Below are positions 30,670 through 39,767 of a stretch of 64,000 bases of DNA, piece by piece. The stretch is from a virus (taxonomy: Duplodnaviria; Caudoviricetes), in the IMG/VR virus record IMGVR_UViG_642791616_000001, positions 1 through 64,000 of that record; one strand, 5' to 3'. The notes below the pieces were generated by a model. That model saw nothing but the letters and a program-made list of their open reading frames with translations, had not been told where the DNA came from and did not search any database. Position 1 is the stretch's first letter; each line of letters starts with the position of its first letter. The position numbers and the translations under genes are program-made.

Positions 30670-31734
30670 TTATTTACGGAGTAATGGTTGAGTAGTACAT
30701 CGGAAAGCGCCACCATAGCTTCTTGTTATTTTAAAATCAATATATTCCACCTTGATATTTCTTTTTTCTAATTCTTTTCCAATTGTATTTTGATATGCTA
30801 TATCCGTTACATATACTTTTTCATTAATCGGTAACCCATTAATAGCTAAATTTTGCGCATCTTTGTAACTTACTTTTATTTTATCCCAATCTCTTAATTC
30901 ATCTGGAACTCCGTTTGGTAGTGAGTCTTCATTCACAATCATCAGACCGTCTCGCACAAAACTAATGGCACAATCAAGATGAAGAGTATTTTTCTCCAGT
31001 TTCACTTCAACTACTTTATAACCATCTGGTGTTAAATAATTACGGAGCCAATCGATTCCTTCTTTATTAGATGCTTGACCAGAGTTTCCAACAAAAATTG
31101 TTTTCCCGTACACAAGAATATCTCCACCCTCTAAAAATGGACCATTCTTAGAATTTATGCCTTTTGAAACATCAGGCTGTGGAACAGCAACATATGGATT
31201 TTTGTTCGCTTTTACCTCTTTTAAAAGGATATCCCTTGCTGGAAGCACTTCAAGTCTGCGGTAAGTTGATAAAAACGATCCTTCAATTATGTGATCTCCA
31301 ATTGTAAAGAATGGATCTCTAACAAAGAAATTCGTAGCACCAGCTCCACCAGTTATACCATTTTCAGCTATACCTAATTTCTTTTCATCCTCCGTTAAAA
31401 GGCGTGGCATTTGGATGTCTACATCGTATTTCTGGAGTATTTTCTTAAACTCATCACGTTCTTTTTCCATTTTGATTTGAATATCGTTCATATCTTCCAT
31501 CATGTTTGAGCCGCTATCTTCTGGAAAATAGACTTCAGATTGAGACATAACGACACGTTTTAATGGAGCAAATTCACTTTCAACATACACATTTCCTTTA
31601 TTTTTTTCGTTTTCAGCTGAGACTTTTTCTGCTTTTGCTTTCACACCGTCTGAGCTTTTTGACTGCGAACAACCTGTTAAAATAACAGCCATTACCGCAG
31701 CAAAGCCAACTAAATTAATAAATTTTTTTCTCAT
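30670..31734 (-). CDS. Lipoprotein of the amidinotransferase/DDAH/arginine deiminase (pentein) superfamily
   Basis: Lipobox ILTGC; FVRDP, LEGGD, HLDC, GGAFRCTTQP motifs. Confidence 0.88.
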   Translation of the reverse strand: MRKKFINLVGFAAVMAVILTGCSQSKSSDGVKAKAEKVSAENEKNKGNVYVESEFAPLKRVVMSQSEVYFPEDSGSNMMEDMNDIQIKMEKERDEFKKILQKYDVDIQMPRLLTEDEKKLGIAENGITGGAGATNFFVRDPFFTIGDHIIEGSFLSTYRRLEVLPARDILLKEVKANKNPYVAVPQPDVSKGINSKNGPFLEGGDILVYGKTIFVGNSGQASNKEGIDWLRNYLTPDGYKVVEVKLEKNTLHLDCAISFVRDGLMIVNEDSLPNGVPDELRDWDKIKVSYKDAQNLAINGLPINEKVYVTDIAYQNTIGKELEKRNIKVEYIDFKITRSYGGAFRCTTQPLLRK

Positions 31735-31775
31735 TTCAATTAATCCTCCATTTTATTGTTTTGTCACTAATAAAG

Positions 31776-31808
31776 ATAGTAACTTTTAAATCTTAAATAT
31801 TTCTTAAC
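31776..31808 (-). promoter_or_regulatory. OmpR-family (CiaR-like) direct-repeat promoter
   Basis: GTTAAG-N5-TTTAAG-N10-TACTAT on minus strand. Confidence 0.5.
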
Positions 31809-31831
31809 TAATAGAATTTGGTTTTTTTGTA

Positions 31832-32215
31832 TTAAATTATGCCCAGTGCTGTTGAGAGGTTAAATGTGGCTTGCTTTTTCAACCTATAGTATCGGTCCTT
31901 TTTCAATCCCAATTCTTCGCATATTTCTAAATCTTTTACGAATCGTGATGTAAGATATTTCATCCTGATAATATCTTGTTCAACTTCGTCTAAACTATTT
32001 TTTAACGCCCTTTCTATCTGCCGTACCTTCAGTTCATTTAAAACTTCCTGATTCCTGAGAGAAGGAAAAAGACCTGTTGCGCCGTTTGCCTCCTGTTCCT
32101 TTCTGTTTTCTTCAAGAACCTTCAGGGCTCTATAGACCTTCAGCTCCTTAATTAAGGCATTCCGGACTTGTTTCTCATCGATCCCTGGCAGTAAACACAA
32201 TTGTTCAGCTCCCAT
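31832..32215 (-). CDS. arpU: ArpU/RinA family late transcriptional activator
   Basis: IERALKNSLDEVEQDIIRMKYL...YYRLKKQA...LSTALGII. Confidence 0.88.
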   Translation of the reverse strand: MGAEQLCLLPGIDEKQVRNALIKELKVYRALKVLEENRKEQEANGATGLFPSLRNQEVLNELKVRQIERALKNSLDEVEQDIIRMKYLTSRFVKDLEICEELGLKKDRYYRLKKQATFNLSTALGII

Positions 32216-32289
32216 GTTTCTCAACCTCCTCCTATAAACAATGAAAGACATAGATCAGGGCAATTTTGCACCGATCTATGTCGTATGAT

Positions 32290-32511
32290 TTATTCTTCTA
32301 ATGGAATGTCGATTCCGTAATTTTGACCAAAATCTTCAATGTACTCCTTTAGAAATTCATCTAATTTAGCGTGGAAAAGCATGTCATCTTCAGCACCGTA
32401 TAAGAACTTCTCAATGTCTTCTTCATTTAGTCCTAATTCAGTTAGCCCTTCGCCGTTTTCTAGTTGATATCTGATGAAATCTCTAAATGCTTGTCTTGGA
32501 TCAATGTTCAT
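32290..32511 (-). CDS. Hypothetical acidic phage protein
   Basis: ORF coupled to upstream gene. Confidence 0.6.
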   Translation of the reverse strand: MNIDPRQAFRDFIRYQLENGEGLTELGLNEEDIEKFLYGAEDDMLFHAKLDEFLKEYIEDFGQNYGIDIPLEE

Positions 32512-32918
32512 TTCTTCACCTCAAATGATGGCGTGTAGATATGCCCTTTAACGCCTGTCCAATTTTTATTTTTATAGATTGTCATCTTGATACGGTGCGT
32601 GCCAGCTGTATGGTTAACGGTGTAAAATTCCTTTGCTGGTGTGGCGTTCTTGAACGATCCTACTAGACTAAACCGCTGATCTTTCCAAGTGCTCCCTACT
32701 CGTTTTTGCAAAGTGAAACGGTAATAGACCGTTTCGCTTCCAGTTTTGCGAGCCGTGACATCCATGCTTTGGGCTCTTGGCGTGTACGAATTAGCATCCG
32801 TTGATACGCTAATTGTATGTCCGGCTACTGTTTTGTATCCGCTCGTTACAGCTGCAGCAGACGGCGCACAAAGCACCGCAGCAATAATAATAGTTAGTGT
32901 GATTAGTAGTTTTTTCAT
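32508..32918 (-). CDS. Secreted Ig-like protein
   Basis: Signal peptide MKKLLITLTIIIAAVLCAPSAAA; GGAGG RBS. Confidence 0.7.
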   Translation of the reverse strand: MKKLLITLTIIIAAVLCAPSAAAVTSGYKTVAGHTISVSTDANSYTPRAQSMDVTARKTGSETVYYRFTLQKRVGSTWKDQRFSLVGSFKNATPAKEFYTVNHTAGTHRIKMTIYKNKNWTGVKGHIYTPSFEVKK

Positions 32919-33040
32919 ACAGAAACCTCCAATATTTATTCCCATATAAGTTAAATAAATTTTTACATGGATTATATTTGAATATATAGTATTATTAAAC
33001 TTGCAAGACTATTATCCCAAACTAAAAGGAGAGTCAAACT

Positions 33041-33313
33041 ATGAGAATTAAAAAAGTAATTGCAAGTTCAGTTCTATCACTCGCTTTGCTATTTTCTTCA
33101 TCTGCTTTTTTTACTGCTCAAGCAGAAGCTGCTAGCCCTAATGAAACATGGAAGCATTGTACTTCAGAAGTATTTGGCCCATACTCTTCAAGAAATGCAA
33201 TACCGGCTATTTATAACGACGGCACCTATAATTGGTACTTAAAAGGTGCGAAAACTTACTCAGGTATTTGGTATGGTGCATATGAACGTTGCTGGTACTC
33301 AACACTTACATGA
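33041..33313 (+). CDS. Secreted LCI-like antimicrobial peptide precursor
   Basis: Signal peptide ending AEA; YNDGTYNWYLKG...GIWYGAYE resembles LCI; promoter TTTACA-N17-TATAGT (32962-32990); terminator 33322-33350. Confidence 0.7.
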   Translation: MRIKKVIASSVLSLALLFSSSAFFTAQAEAASPNETWKHCTSEVFGPYSSRNAIPAIYNDGTYNWYLKGAKTYSGIWYGAYERCWYSTLT

Positions 33314-33352
33314 ATACTACTTTTAAAAGAGGGAAATTCCCCTCTTTTTTAT

Positions 33353-33625
33353 TCATAGCAAGCTCCCGTCAATGATCAGCACCATTTCTTCTTCACTTGT
33401 TAAATGCTCTAGCACTTCTTCAACTGGTATTGTTTTATTGTCCTCTCCATTTACTCGGCTGTATCTGATTGTTGCATACGTTCCCGTAACTTCGGTTATT
33501 TCTTCTGTTAAGCCGCCATCATCATCAGCGACAACATCAGTATAGATTGTCATAGCATTTTCTTCGTTTTTCGCTTTGATCAATGCGTAATATGGATCAT
33601 GCACCTCGTAAAATTTCATCTTCAT
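33353..33625 (-). CDS. Hypothetical phage protein
   Basis: FYEVHDPYYALIKA...LIIDGSLL; operonic overlap. Confidence 0.7.
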   Translation of the reverse strand: MKMKFYEVHDPYYALIKAKNEENAMTIYTDVVADDDGGLTEEITEVTGTYATIRYSRVNGEDNKTIPVEEVLEHLTSEEEMVLIIDGSLL

Positions 33626-33981
33626 TCCCCTTCCGCTTCTTTTTTCAACTCAAATCCCATCCCTAAAGCTAAGGTATGAACAGTTTTTGCATGTTCAGCA
33701 TAGTTGGCAGGGGAATCATGTTTTAATTCCCAATCATTTGAATAATTCTGCTTTGCTTCTCGATATAATGACAAAAACATGTCATAATGCCTCTGCAATG
33801 TTCTTTCTTTCTGCTGTTTATATTCCTGAATATTTTGCACTAAACAATCGATGACATAATCCTGAGAAACGGCCATTTCATAATTAATTCCAGGACACTT
33901 AGATGCACAAATGCCTTCGCTGTTTCGCATGATCACTTCGCCGGATGATAGAGTTATTTGAAATGCTTTATTTTTGGTCAT
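33622..33981 (-). CDS. Hypothetical phage protein
   Basis: ATGA overlaps with neighbours. Confidence 0.65.
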   Translation of the reverse strand: MTKNKAFQITLSSGEVIMRNSEGICASKCPGINYEMAVSQDYVIDCLVQNIQEYKQQKERTLQRHYDMFLSLYREAKQNYSNDWELKHDSPANYAEHAKTVHTLALGMGFELKKEAEGE

Positions 33982-34193
33982 CGTGCTCCCCCCTGCAAAT
34001 CTTGTATATCGCCTTGATAAAACGTGTTTTGCTTAATGACTTCAAAAATAATTGGCCGTTCTCCTAATTGAGTACAAGATCCATACATTTCAATTAATGC
34101 GTTTCGCATTTCGTCCTCACTAGGATAGTGATCCCATCCTCCCAAAAGTCTTATGCCTTGTACGTTTAAATAAAAAATGCTTCTCAGTTTCAC
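33978..34193 (-). CDS. Hypothetical phage protein
   Basis: Operonic ORF with RBS. Confidence 0.55.
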   Translation of the reverse strand: MKLRSIFYLNVQGIRLLGGWDHYPSEDEMRNALIEMYGSCTQLGERPIIFEVIKQNTFYQGDIQDLQGGAR

Positions 34194-34208
34194 AATGATC
34201 TTCCTTTC

Positions 34209-34409
34209 TTATTTCAATTTTGCTTGCGCCTGTTCATTAAATCGGCGTAGCAGCTCATCTTTAATTGTTTCAGCTTTCTTCTTTTGCGCTTTGATGTATG
34301 GGTTACTGATGCGATCACCAGACAGCACCGCATCCCCTATACGTCGTTTGATGTCATCTAGCGCCATCCAAAGCCCTGCATATGACATGTTTGCAGATTT
34401 AAACTCCAT
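34209..34409 (-). CDS. Hypothetical phage protein
   Basis: GGAGG RBS. Confidence 0.6.
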   Translation of the reverse strand: MEFKSANMSYAGLWMALDDIKRRIGDAVLSGDRISNPYIKAQKKKAETIKDELLRRFNEQAQAKLK

Positions 34410-34431
34410 ATGATCCTCCCTCAGAACAGTG

Positions 34432-34635
34432 TCAGCGTTCCTGGTGTTGTTCTTTTTGCTTTATTAAAAAATGCCTGGCTTCAAATGCTCCATAGTGTGA
34501 GCCATGACTATCAAATTTTGATACATAATAATGAGCGGCACCGAGAGGAAAGAGAAAGTATTCTACGCCCTTTTCTAGCGGTGTAAACTCATCAGTAAGA
34601 CATATTCCCTTCAAGGTCATGCCACGCTTTCCCAA
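34432..34635 (-). CDS. Hypothetical phage protein
   Basis: LEKGVEYFLFP...YYVSKF; start uncertain. Confidence 0.55.
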   Translation of the reverse strand: MGKRGMTLKGICLTDEFTPLEKGVEYFLFPLGAAHYYVSKFDSHGSHYGAFEARHFLIKQKEQHQER

Positions 34636-34841
34636 GGTAACCGCTCGACCCTTTTCATGCTTCCAGCACAGCCGACTTTACCAAGATTCCGACGTGCTGC
34701 TGGATAGGATTGATATGTGTCATACTCGCTCCATTTTGCATCTGTTAATAGATCAGAACGCCAATAGGCAACATATCCGCTCGCTGTATTGAAGATACAA
34801 AATTCAGCGTATGGTGATTTTGAATACCAGATTTCTTTCAT
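34617..34841 (-). CDS. Hypothetical phage protein
   Basis: GGAGG RBS. Confidence 0.6.
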   Translation of the reverse strand: MKEIWYSKSPYAEFCIFNTASGYVAYWRSDLLTDAKWSEYDTYQSYPAARRNLGKVGCAGSMKRVERLPWESVA

Positions 34842-34873
34842 TTTGAATGCCTCCCTGCAGGAGGACGCTCCTG

Positions 34874-35080
34874 CTATAGATTTATTTTGTGTGAACTGCT
34901 GTAATTTAAATTTGTGAACTGGCCATCACGTGTCGTGATCTCCATCTTTCCGTACATCGGTGTTTCCGCCAAGAACACTTCATTGGAATGGCCATCTAGG
35001 ATAATGACTTTGACCTCTCCCTTTGTCATAAAGCTATCAACGGAGATGTTTGAGTCTATAGGTTTGTAAGGATTATTCAT
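34874..35080 (-). CDS. XtrA/YqaO-like small protein
   Basis: VKVIILDG...GKMEITTRDG pattern; position after replication genes. Confidence 0.6.
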   Translation of the reverse strand: MNNPYKPIDSNISVDSFMTKGEVKVIILDGHSNEVFLAETPMYGKMEITTRDGQFTNLNYSSSHKINL

Positions 35081-35097
35081 GCGCACAAGGCCTCCCA

Positions 35098-35157
35098 TGT
35101 TATAATGAATTGTCGATATTCATTAGAGTCGGAGCCTTGTGCTTTGGCTCTTTTTAT
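35098..35157 (+). ncRNA. Putative ~50-nt antisense sRNA unit
   Basis: TGTTATAAT extended -10; G-U-containing terminator AGAGTCGGAGC/GCTTTGGCTCT + T-run. Confidence 0.45.
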
Positions 35158-35435
35158 TTGCGCTGGAGAGCTTGCAAATCACGCACACACATTCTAAATA
35201 GGTGTTCGTCATTTAAGTCTAAGGACAAGTCAATCAGAGCCTTCAAATCATCTTCAGTGATCGTTACATCCAGGTTTTTAGCCCAATGTTTAGGAACAGC
35301 CGTATACTTTCCTTTAAGCGACTTCACTAAAAGTTCATCTTCAGAGATTTTCACGACGTAACCAGATATATGAAACATTCTGCGATTAACTTCACCCAAA
35401 GCTTCCACCCAATCGCCTTCTACAATCTTTCTCAT
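35154..35435 (-). CDS. Hypothetical phage protein
   Basis: AAGGAG RBS; C-terminal LIDLSLDLND. Confidence 0.65.
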   Translation of the reverse strand: MRKIVEGDWVEALGEVNRRMFHISGYVVKISEDELLVKSLKGKYTAVPKHWAKNLDVTITEDDLKALIDLSLDLNDEHLFRMCVRDLQALQRK

Positions 35436-35590
35436 TTCTTGAAGCTCCTTCCGCACTTCGAGCAGTAAGGACCATTGAAAACCCGTGTGCAAAATTCCAA
35501 CTCATAGCCTCGCTCAACCGACACTATGTTTTTACATTTGAAGCAAAAGAAGTGTTTATTTTTGAAGAAGAACTTGATTTTATTAATCAT
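35432..35590 (-). CDS. Small zinc-ribbon protein (52 aa, absent from ORF track)
   Basis: Manual translation contains CFKC...CSKC; ATGA coupling on both sides. Confidence 0.6.
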   Translation of the reverse strand: MINKIKFFFKNKHFFCFKCKNIVSVERGYELEFCTRVFNGPYCSKCGRSFKK

Positions 35591-35721
35591 CTGACAATCC
35601 TCCATCCTTTTTTCATCCGGCTTATCAACTCATATTTCTTGAGTGGTTCATAGAGGTGGACGCGCTGTCCATCCTCTATGCGATAAAGCAGGTACCACCG
35701 TTTTGAGCGTTTGCGTGCCAC
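35587..35721 (-). CDS. Small hypothetical phage protein (44 aa)
   Basis: GTG start MARKRSKRWYLLYR...KKGWRIVR. Confidence 0.55.
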   Translation of the reverse strand: MARKRSKRWYLLYRIEDGQRVHLYEPLKKYELISRMKKGWRIVR

Positions 35722-35722
35722 C

Positions 35723-36421
35723 TTATGCAGCCCCGTCTTCCTCATCTTTTTGATCATCTTTAGGAAGATCGTATTCATCTGGAACGCTATCCTCTGAACC
35801 CTTTTCGTCTTCAGCTGCTTCTTCAGCATTTTCTTTTTGTAATGGTTCAGCTTCATTGGCTTGATCCTGTTTCCAGTCCCACCATGTTTCAGCTAGTGGA
35901 GCAACCGCCGCTCGGTAGTCATTGATCAGATCAACGACGGCGCCAGATGACATCTCAAGCTCAGTGGCCAACTTGCGGTATGATTCACCTTCAATGCGAC
36001 GTTTAGCGATTTCAGCCATATTCTCAGGAAAACCTTCCTGTTCTGGAGCCATACCTTCAACGATGAACCGATCAACCACTTCCCGCTCAATCTCCATAGG
36101 TTTTTCTTCAATTTTTGGTTTTTCTTCTGGCAAACCTAGTTCAGCCTCTAACTGTTCCGGCTCAGGATCAGCTATGTGAACCACTCCGCTCTGGTCTACT
36201 TGATAATTTACGATCGGTCGCTCAGTGTTCGCATTGATTTGAACGTTATAGCGGACAATATCGCTCTCAATTTCAACTCGCACATCATTATCAATCATTT
36301 CAGCAAGGTTTTGAATGCTGTTTCCTAGCTCCTTCGTTGAAATCTCAAGAACCAATTCGGTGACACCTTTAGGCTTGTGATTCACTTTTTTAACGAAACC
36401 ATCAAAATTCACAAAAGACAT
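35723..36421 (-). CDS. Hypothetical acidic phage protein with HTH-like segment
   Basis: GGAGG RBS; GESYRKLATELEMSSGAV. Confidence 0.7.
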   Translation of the reverse strand: MSFVNFDGFVKKVNHKPKGVTELVLEISTKELGNSIQNLAEMIDNDVRVEIESDIVRYNVQINANTERPIVNYQVDQSGVVHIADPEPEQLEAELGLPEEKPKIEEKPMEIEREVVDRFIVEGMAPEQEGFPENMAEIAKRRIEGESYRKLATELEMSSGAVVDLINDYRAAVAPLAETWWDWKQDQANEAEPLQKENAEEAAEDEKGSEDSVPDEYDLPKDDQKDEEDGAA

Positions 36422-36439
36422 ATTTGTTCCTCCTAGTAA

Positions 36440-36931
36440 TTAAGAAATTTTTTTCAAAGCCTCTTCTTGATATTTTGTTAAATCTACTTTTGTTTTTAAT
36501 GAACGAGCTATTTGAGCCAAGACGAATGCGTCTATCACGTTGTCACTTTTATGTTCAAACCCCCAACGTTTATAAACAGGTACAGGTATTTGATCTTTTT
36601 TAACGTTTCCTTTTCCTGTTGCGAACTTCTTCAAAGTGGTTGGAGGAACGTCTACATAATCTATTTTTTTGTTTATAAGTCTCGCTCTTATTAGCCAACC
36701 AATGCCGTATTGAATGTCTACTGACGCTCCTTTAGAACCGTAAGAAAACCCTTCAATACACACAAAGTCATTCGGTTCTATTAAATTAATTATTTGGCTG
36801 GCCAAGTCCATAAAGCGTTGCGGATCTCCTTTTACTGCTGAGATTATTTCTTTGTCAAGAATCACATTCCCATTTGCATCTTGAATCACGAGCCCTGTTT
36901 TCGTTGAAGGATCAATGCCGACAAATCTCAT
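36440..36931 (-). CDS. RuvC-like Holliday junction resolvase
   Basis: VGIDPS, CIEG, KKFATGKGN, DNVIDAF. Confidence 0.85.
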   Translation of the reverse strand: MRFVGIDPSTKTGLVIQDANGNVILDKEIISAVKGDPQRFMDLASQIINLIEPNDFVCIEGFSYGSKGASVDIQYGIGWLIRARLINKKIDYVDVPPTTLKKFATGKGNVKKDQIPVPVYKRWGFEHKSDNVIDAFVLAQIARSLKTKVDLTKYQEEALKKIS

Positions 36932-37167
36932 TGTTCTTTTCCTTTCACGATACCAGCGATATCAGTATGGATTGCTTCTTCTGTCCTTCTAACAGGAGAC
37001 GGAACAGAACGTGGAATCCTTTGTACTCCATTTTTATTTAAAGGCCCCCCATGCATGTATGTGGCTAATTGTATGATCATTCGACCACACTCCTCAGCGG
37101 TGTAATTATCTGCTTCAAAATTCACTTCTTTACCCGTAGTGCTGTCTTTGATTTGTAATTTAATCAC
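36928..37167 (-). CDS. Hypothetical phage protein
   Basis: Operonic ORF. Confidence 0.55.
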   Translation of the reverse strand: MIKLQIKDSTTGKEVNFEADNYTAEECGRMIIQLATYMHGGPLNKNGVQRIPRSVPSPVRRTEEAIHTDIAGIVKGKEQ

Positions 37168-37370
37168 TCTGCTTCCTCCTCAATCTCCATCCTGGCATTG
37201 TATGTTTCAATACTTTTCCCTCGCTCACTCTTTTTCGTGATTACTAGCATTTCAAGATCATAGAGTGATAGTTTATCGAGACTTTCAAATTCATTCGGTT
37301 TATATCCAATGCGCTTCAATTCTTTTAGCAAGAACTGTTTACGCTGATTGCTATTGATTGACATGTTCAT
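37164..37370 (-). CDS. Hypothetical phage protein
   Basis: Operonic ORF. Confidence 0.6.
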   Translation of the reverse strand: MNMSINSNQRKQFLLKELKRIGYKPNEFESLDKLSLYDLEMLVITKKSERGKSIETYNARMEIEEEAE

Positions 37371-37378
37371 TCCTCATT

Positions 37379-38671
37379 TCACATTGCGGCTTCCATTTGC
37401 CGCGATAGATTTATAAACTTCCCGTACTCTTTCACAAAGGCAGCGGTTATTGTTCCTGTTGATCCATTTCGTTGTTTTGCAAAAATGATTTCTACAATGT
37501 TTTTAGCTTCGCTTTTTTTGTCATAGTAATCATCACGATAAAGGAAGGTCACAATATCAGCATCTTGCTCAATGCTCCCTGAATCTCGTAAATCAGACAT
37601 CATTGGACGTTTATCTTGCCGCTGTTCAACTCCACGTGAGAGCTGCGATAGCAAAATGATAGGAACATTGAAACTTCTGGCCATATTTTTAAGTTCTCTC
37701 GTGATCTCACCAACCTCATGGTTTTTGCTCTCGGATTTACCAATCGGCGTGATAAGCTGCAAATAGTCAATGATGACTAAATGATCTTGATCAGGATGAT
37801 CCTTTTTCGTTTTACGGATCTGGGACCGGATATCTGCGACGGTTTGAGTGGGGTGATCATGAATATAAATGTCTAATTTTTCGTATTCGCCCATCGCACT
37901 ATGGGCACTATCATAATCATCCTCACTAAAATATCTCTTTGGATTCCTCCACTTCGTGCCTTCAATACTCCCTATGCTGCTTAACATACGCTGTGTTAAT
38001 TGTGTATCAGACATTTCCAGTGAAAATATGTCGGTAACTCCACCATTTAGTGCATTATTACGACCAAGGTTAAGAGCGAACGCTGTTTTACCCATCGATG
38101 GACGGGCAGCCACAATAATCAAATCACTCTTCTGCCAACCGCCTGTCATGGCATTCAGATCCGCAAGACCCGTGTTGACTCCAGTCAGATCACCATGATC
38201 TTCTTCCATGCTCATGTATATATCTGTTAGAACATCCATTTTCGTACGAGTCTCTTTTACACCAACCTCTTGAGCTTCAATTGTTTTTTGATAAAGCTCG
38301 GTGATGCCCTCATCAGTAGGGGAACTGGCAAATGCTAAAGCAGCACTTTGCAAATCTCTAAGTCTAAAAGCCTCGTAAATTAATGTTTCATAGGTTTCAA
38401 ATGAATGAGTAGATGGAACAGCGCTCGCTAGGTTGGTTAAGTATTCAAATCCACCAACTGCATTTAAAGTGTCCCCCATAGATGCAGCGATATTGGCCAT
38501 TTCCACTTGTTTACCTAGCTTGTCCACTTCCCTCATCGCTTCAAAAATTTGCTTGTGACGCTTTTCAGCAAAATGCTTAGACTCTAAGGCTGTTTCCTTG
38601 ATTAGATCGCCTTCAAGGATGATGCAACCCAGCAGAAACTGTTCAGCCTCTACGTTTCGCAAATTTTGCAT
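37379..38671 (-). CDS. Replicative DnaB-family helicase
   Basis: AARPSMGKT, IDYLQL, SQLSR, SDLRDSGSIEQDAD, KQRNG. Confidence 0.95.
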   Translation of the reverse strand: MQNLRNVEAEQFLLGCIILEGDLIKETALESKHFAEKRHKQIFEAMREVDKLGKQVEMANIAASMGDTLNAVGGFEYLTNLASAVPSTHSFETYETLIYEAFRLRDLQSAALAFASSPTDEGITELYQKTIEAQEVGVKETRTKMDVLTDIYMSMEEDHGDLTGVNTGLADLNAMTGGWQKSDLIIVAARPSMGKTAFALNLGRNNALNGGVTDIFSLEMSDTQLTQRMLSSIGSIEGTKWRNPKRYFSEDDYDSAHSAMGEYEKLDIYIHDHPTQTVADIRSQIRKTKKDHPDQDHLVIIDYLQLITPIGKSESKNHEVGEITRELKNMARSFNVPIILLSQLSRGVEQRQDKRPMMSDLRDSGSIEQDADIVTFLYRDDYYDKKSEAKNIVEIIFAKQRNGSTGTITAAFVKEYGKFINLSRQMEAAM

Positions 38672-38939
38672 TCTTTTCCCACTCTTTCTGCTTTTCTATG
38701 AAGTCGTTTGGTTCTGGTTGATGTACTTGAATCTCTGCGATAGCAGGAGGGAAACGTTTTTCAGCAATGTGCTGATCTATCTTTTTTAAAACAGGTTCAT
38801 ATGGCAGTGCCGCTAAATGCTCTAACCAAAGCCTGATTCTTTCTTTTCCGATCGCGTCTGTAGAGAGCTCGAACCTCGGATACGCAGCTGCTATCCTGGT
38901 TAAGATACTCATCGCTTGTTCTTCAGTCATGCTAATCAT
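38643..38939 (-). CDS. Helicase loader/inhibitor (SPP1 G39P-like)
   Basis: IAAAYPRF...W...KRFPPAIAEI. Confidence 0.8.
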   Translation of the reverse strand: MISMTEEQAMSILTRIAAAYPRFELSTDAIGKERIRLWLEHLAALPYEPVLKKIDQHIAEKRFPPAIAEIQVHQPEPNDFIEKQKEWEKNAKFAKRRG

Positions 38940-39748
38940 CCTCCTCCAAACTTAATGCCTTTTTCTTTGGCGTATTGAGCTAATGCTGATAAGTTGTCTT
39001 GTTGTTTCTTAGGTTTAAATTCAGATACGTTGCTAGGTTGATTGTTTTTGGCATGCCATCGATCAAGAATGCCCTTCTCCAGGTAAGTAAACGATTTGAT
39101 GCCATCTGCTCTATGTCTTGGTCGGTATTGATCGAATATCTCGTCGATCCACACCAATATGTCTTCAAGGGGTATGTGCTCCTGAATGATCCTCTCAATG
39201 GCCTGTGCATCATTAGGAGTGATCATCAATCCTCCACCTCTTCGAGATAGATACTTGTCTTCGATTTGTTGGAAAGGAGAATCATTTCCTACTGGCGACT
39301 TCTCCTCTTCTTCTTTTAATTCTTTATTTCTTAAATTCTTTACATTCTTGTTTGTGTCTGCAATCGGTCTATGATCGGTCTGCTCGTGGTCTGCTTGCGG
39401 TCTAACTTTGGTTTCTTTTTCTTGATAAACACTGTAATTACAAATGGTTATGGTGGTTTTCTTGCGGTCTGATTTTTTGATAATCATCTCGTCGTTTTCG
39501 AGAAGTTTCAGAAAGTTTCTAGTTTTGGCTTTCCCCCACTTCCACCGGTCCATTAGTTTCAATTCTGAGGTGATTAAACTCCCTTCAGGAACATGAATTA
39601 TTTCCAGTCCGAGCTTCACCTTTGCGTCTTTATGATTTGCCATCATTAAAAGATCGAGCCAAGCCTCATATCTTGAAAAAGTTCTTTCTTCTTCATAGAG
39701 CCAATGATTCCTAATAGCTCTATGTAATTTAATCCATCCAGTAGACAA
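38936..39748 (-). CDS. Phage replication initiator
   Basis: GWIKLHR...WLDLLMMANH, ITICNY; internal iterons. Confidence 0.85.
   Translation of the reverse strand: MSTGWIKLHRAIRNHWLYEEERTFSRYEAWLDLLMMANHKDAKVKLGLEIIHVPEGSLITSELKLMDRWKWGKAKTRNFLKLLENDEMIIKKSDRKKTTITICNYSVYQEKETKVRPQADHEQTDHRPIADTNKNVKNLRNKELKEEEEKSPVGNDSPFQQIEDKYLSRRGGGLMITPNDAQAIERIIQEHIPLEDILVWIDEIFDQYRPRHRADGIKSFTYLEKGILDRWHAKNNQPSNVSEFKPKKQQDNLSALAQYAKEKGIKFGGG
39311..39404. repeat. Phage replication origin: 4 x 11-bp iterons plus AT-rich tract
   Basis: CAATCGGTCTA TGATCGGTCTG CTCGTGGTCTG CTTGCGGTCTA at 39361-39404 beside T-rich 39311-39350. Confidence 0.7.
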
Positions 39749-39767
39749 ACAAATTCCTCCTTCCCAA

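Noticed and set aside
33041-33313. Arbitrium or Rap-Phr signalling peptide
   Set aside because: No AimR/Rap TPR receptor in the window, and the mature part is a folded ~60-aa domain
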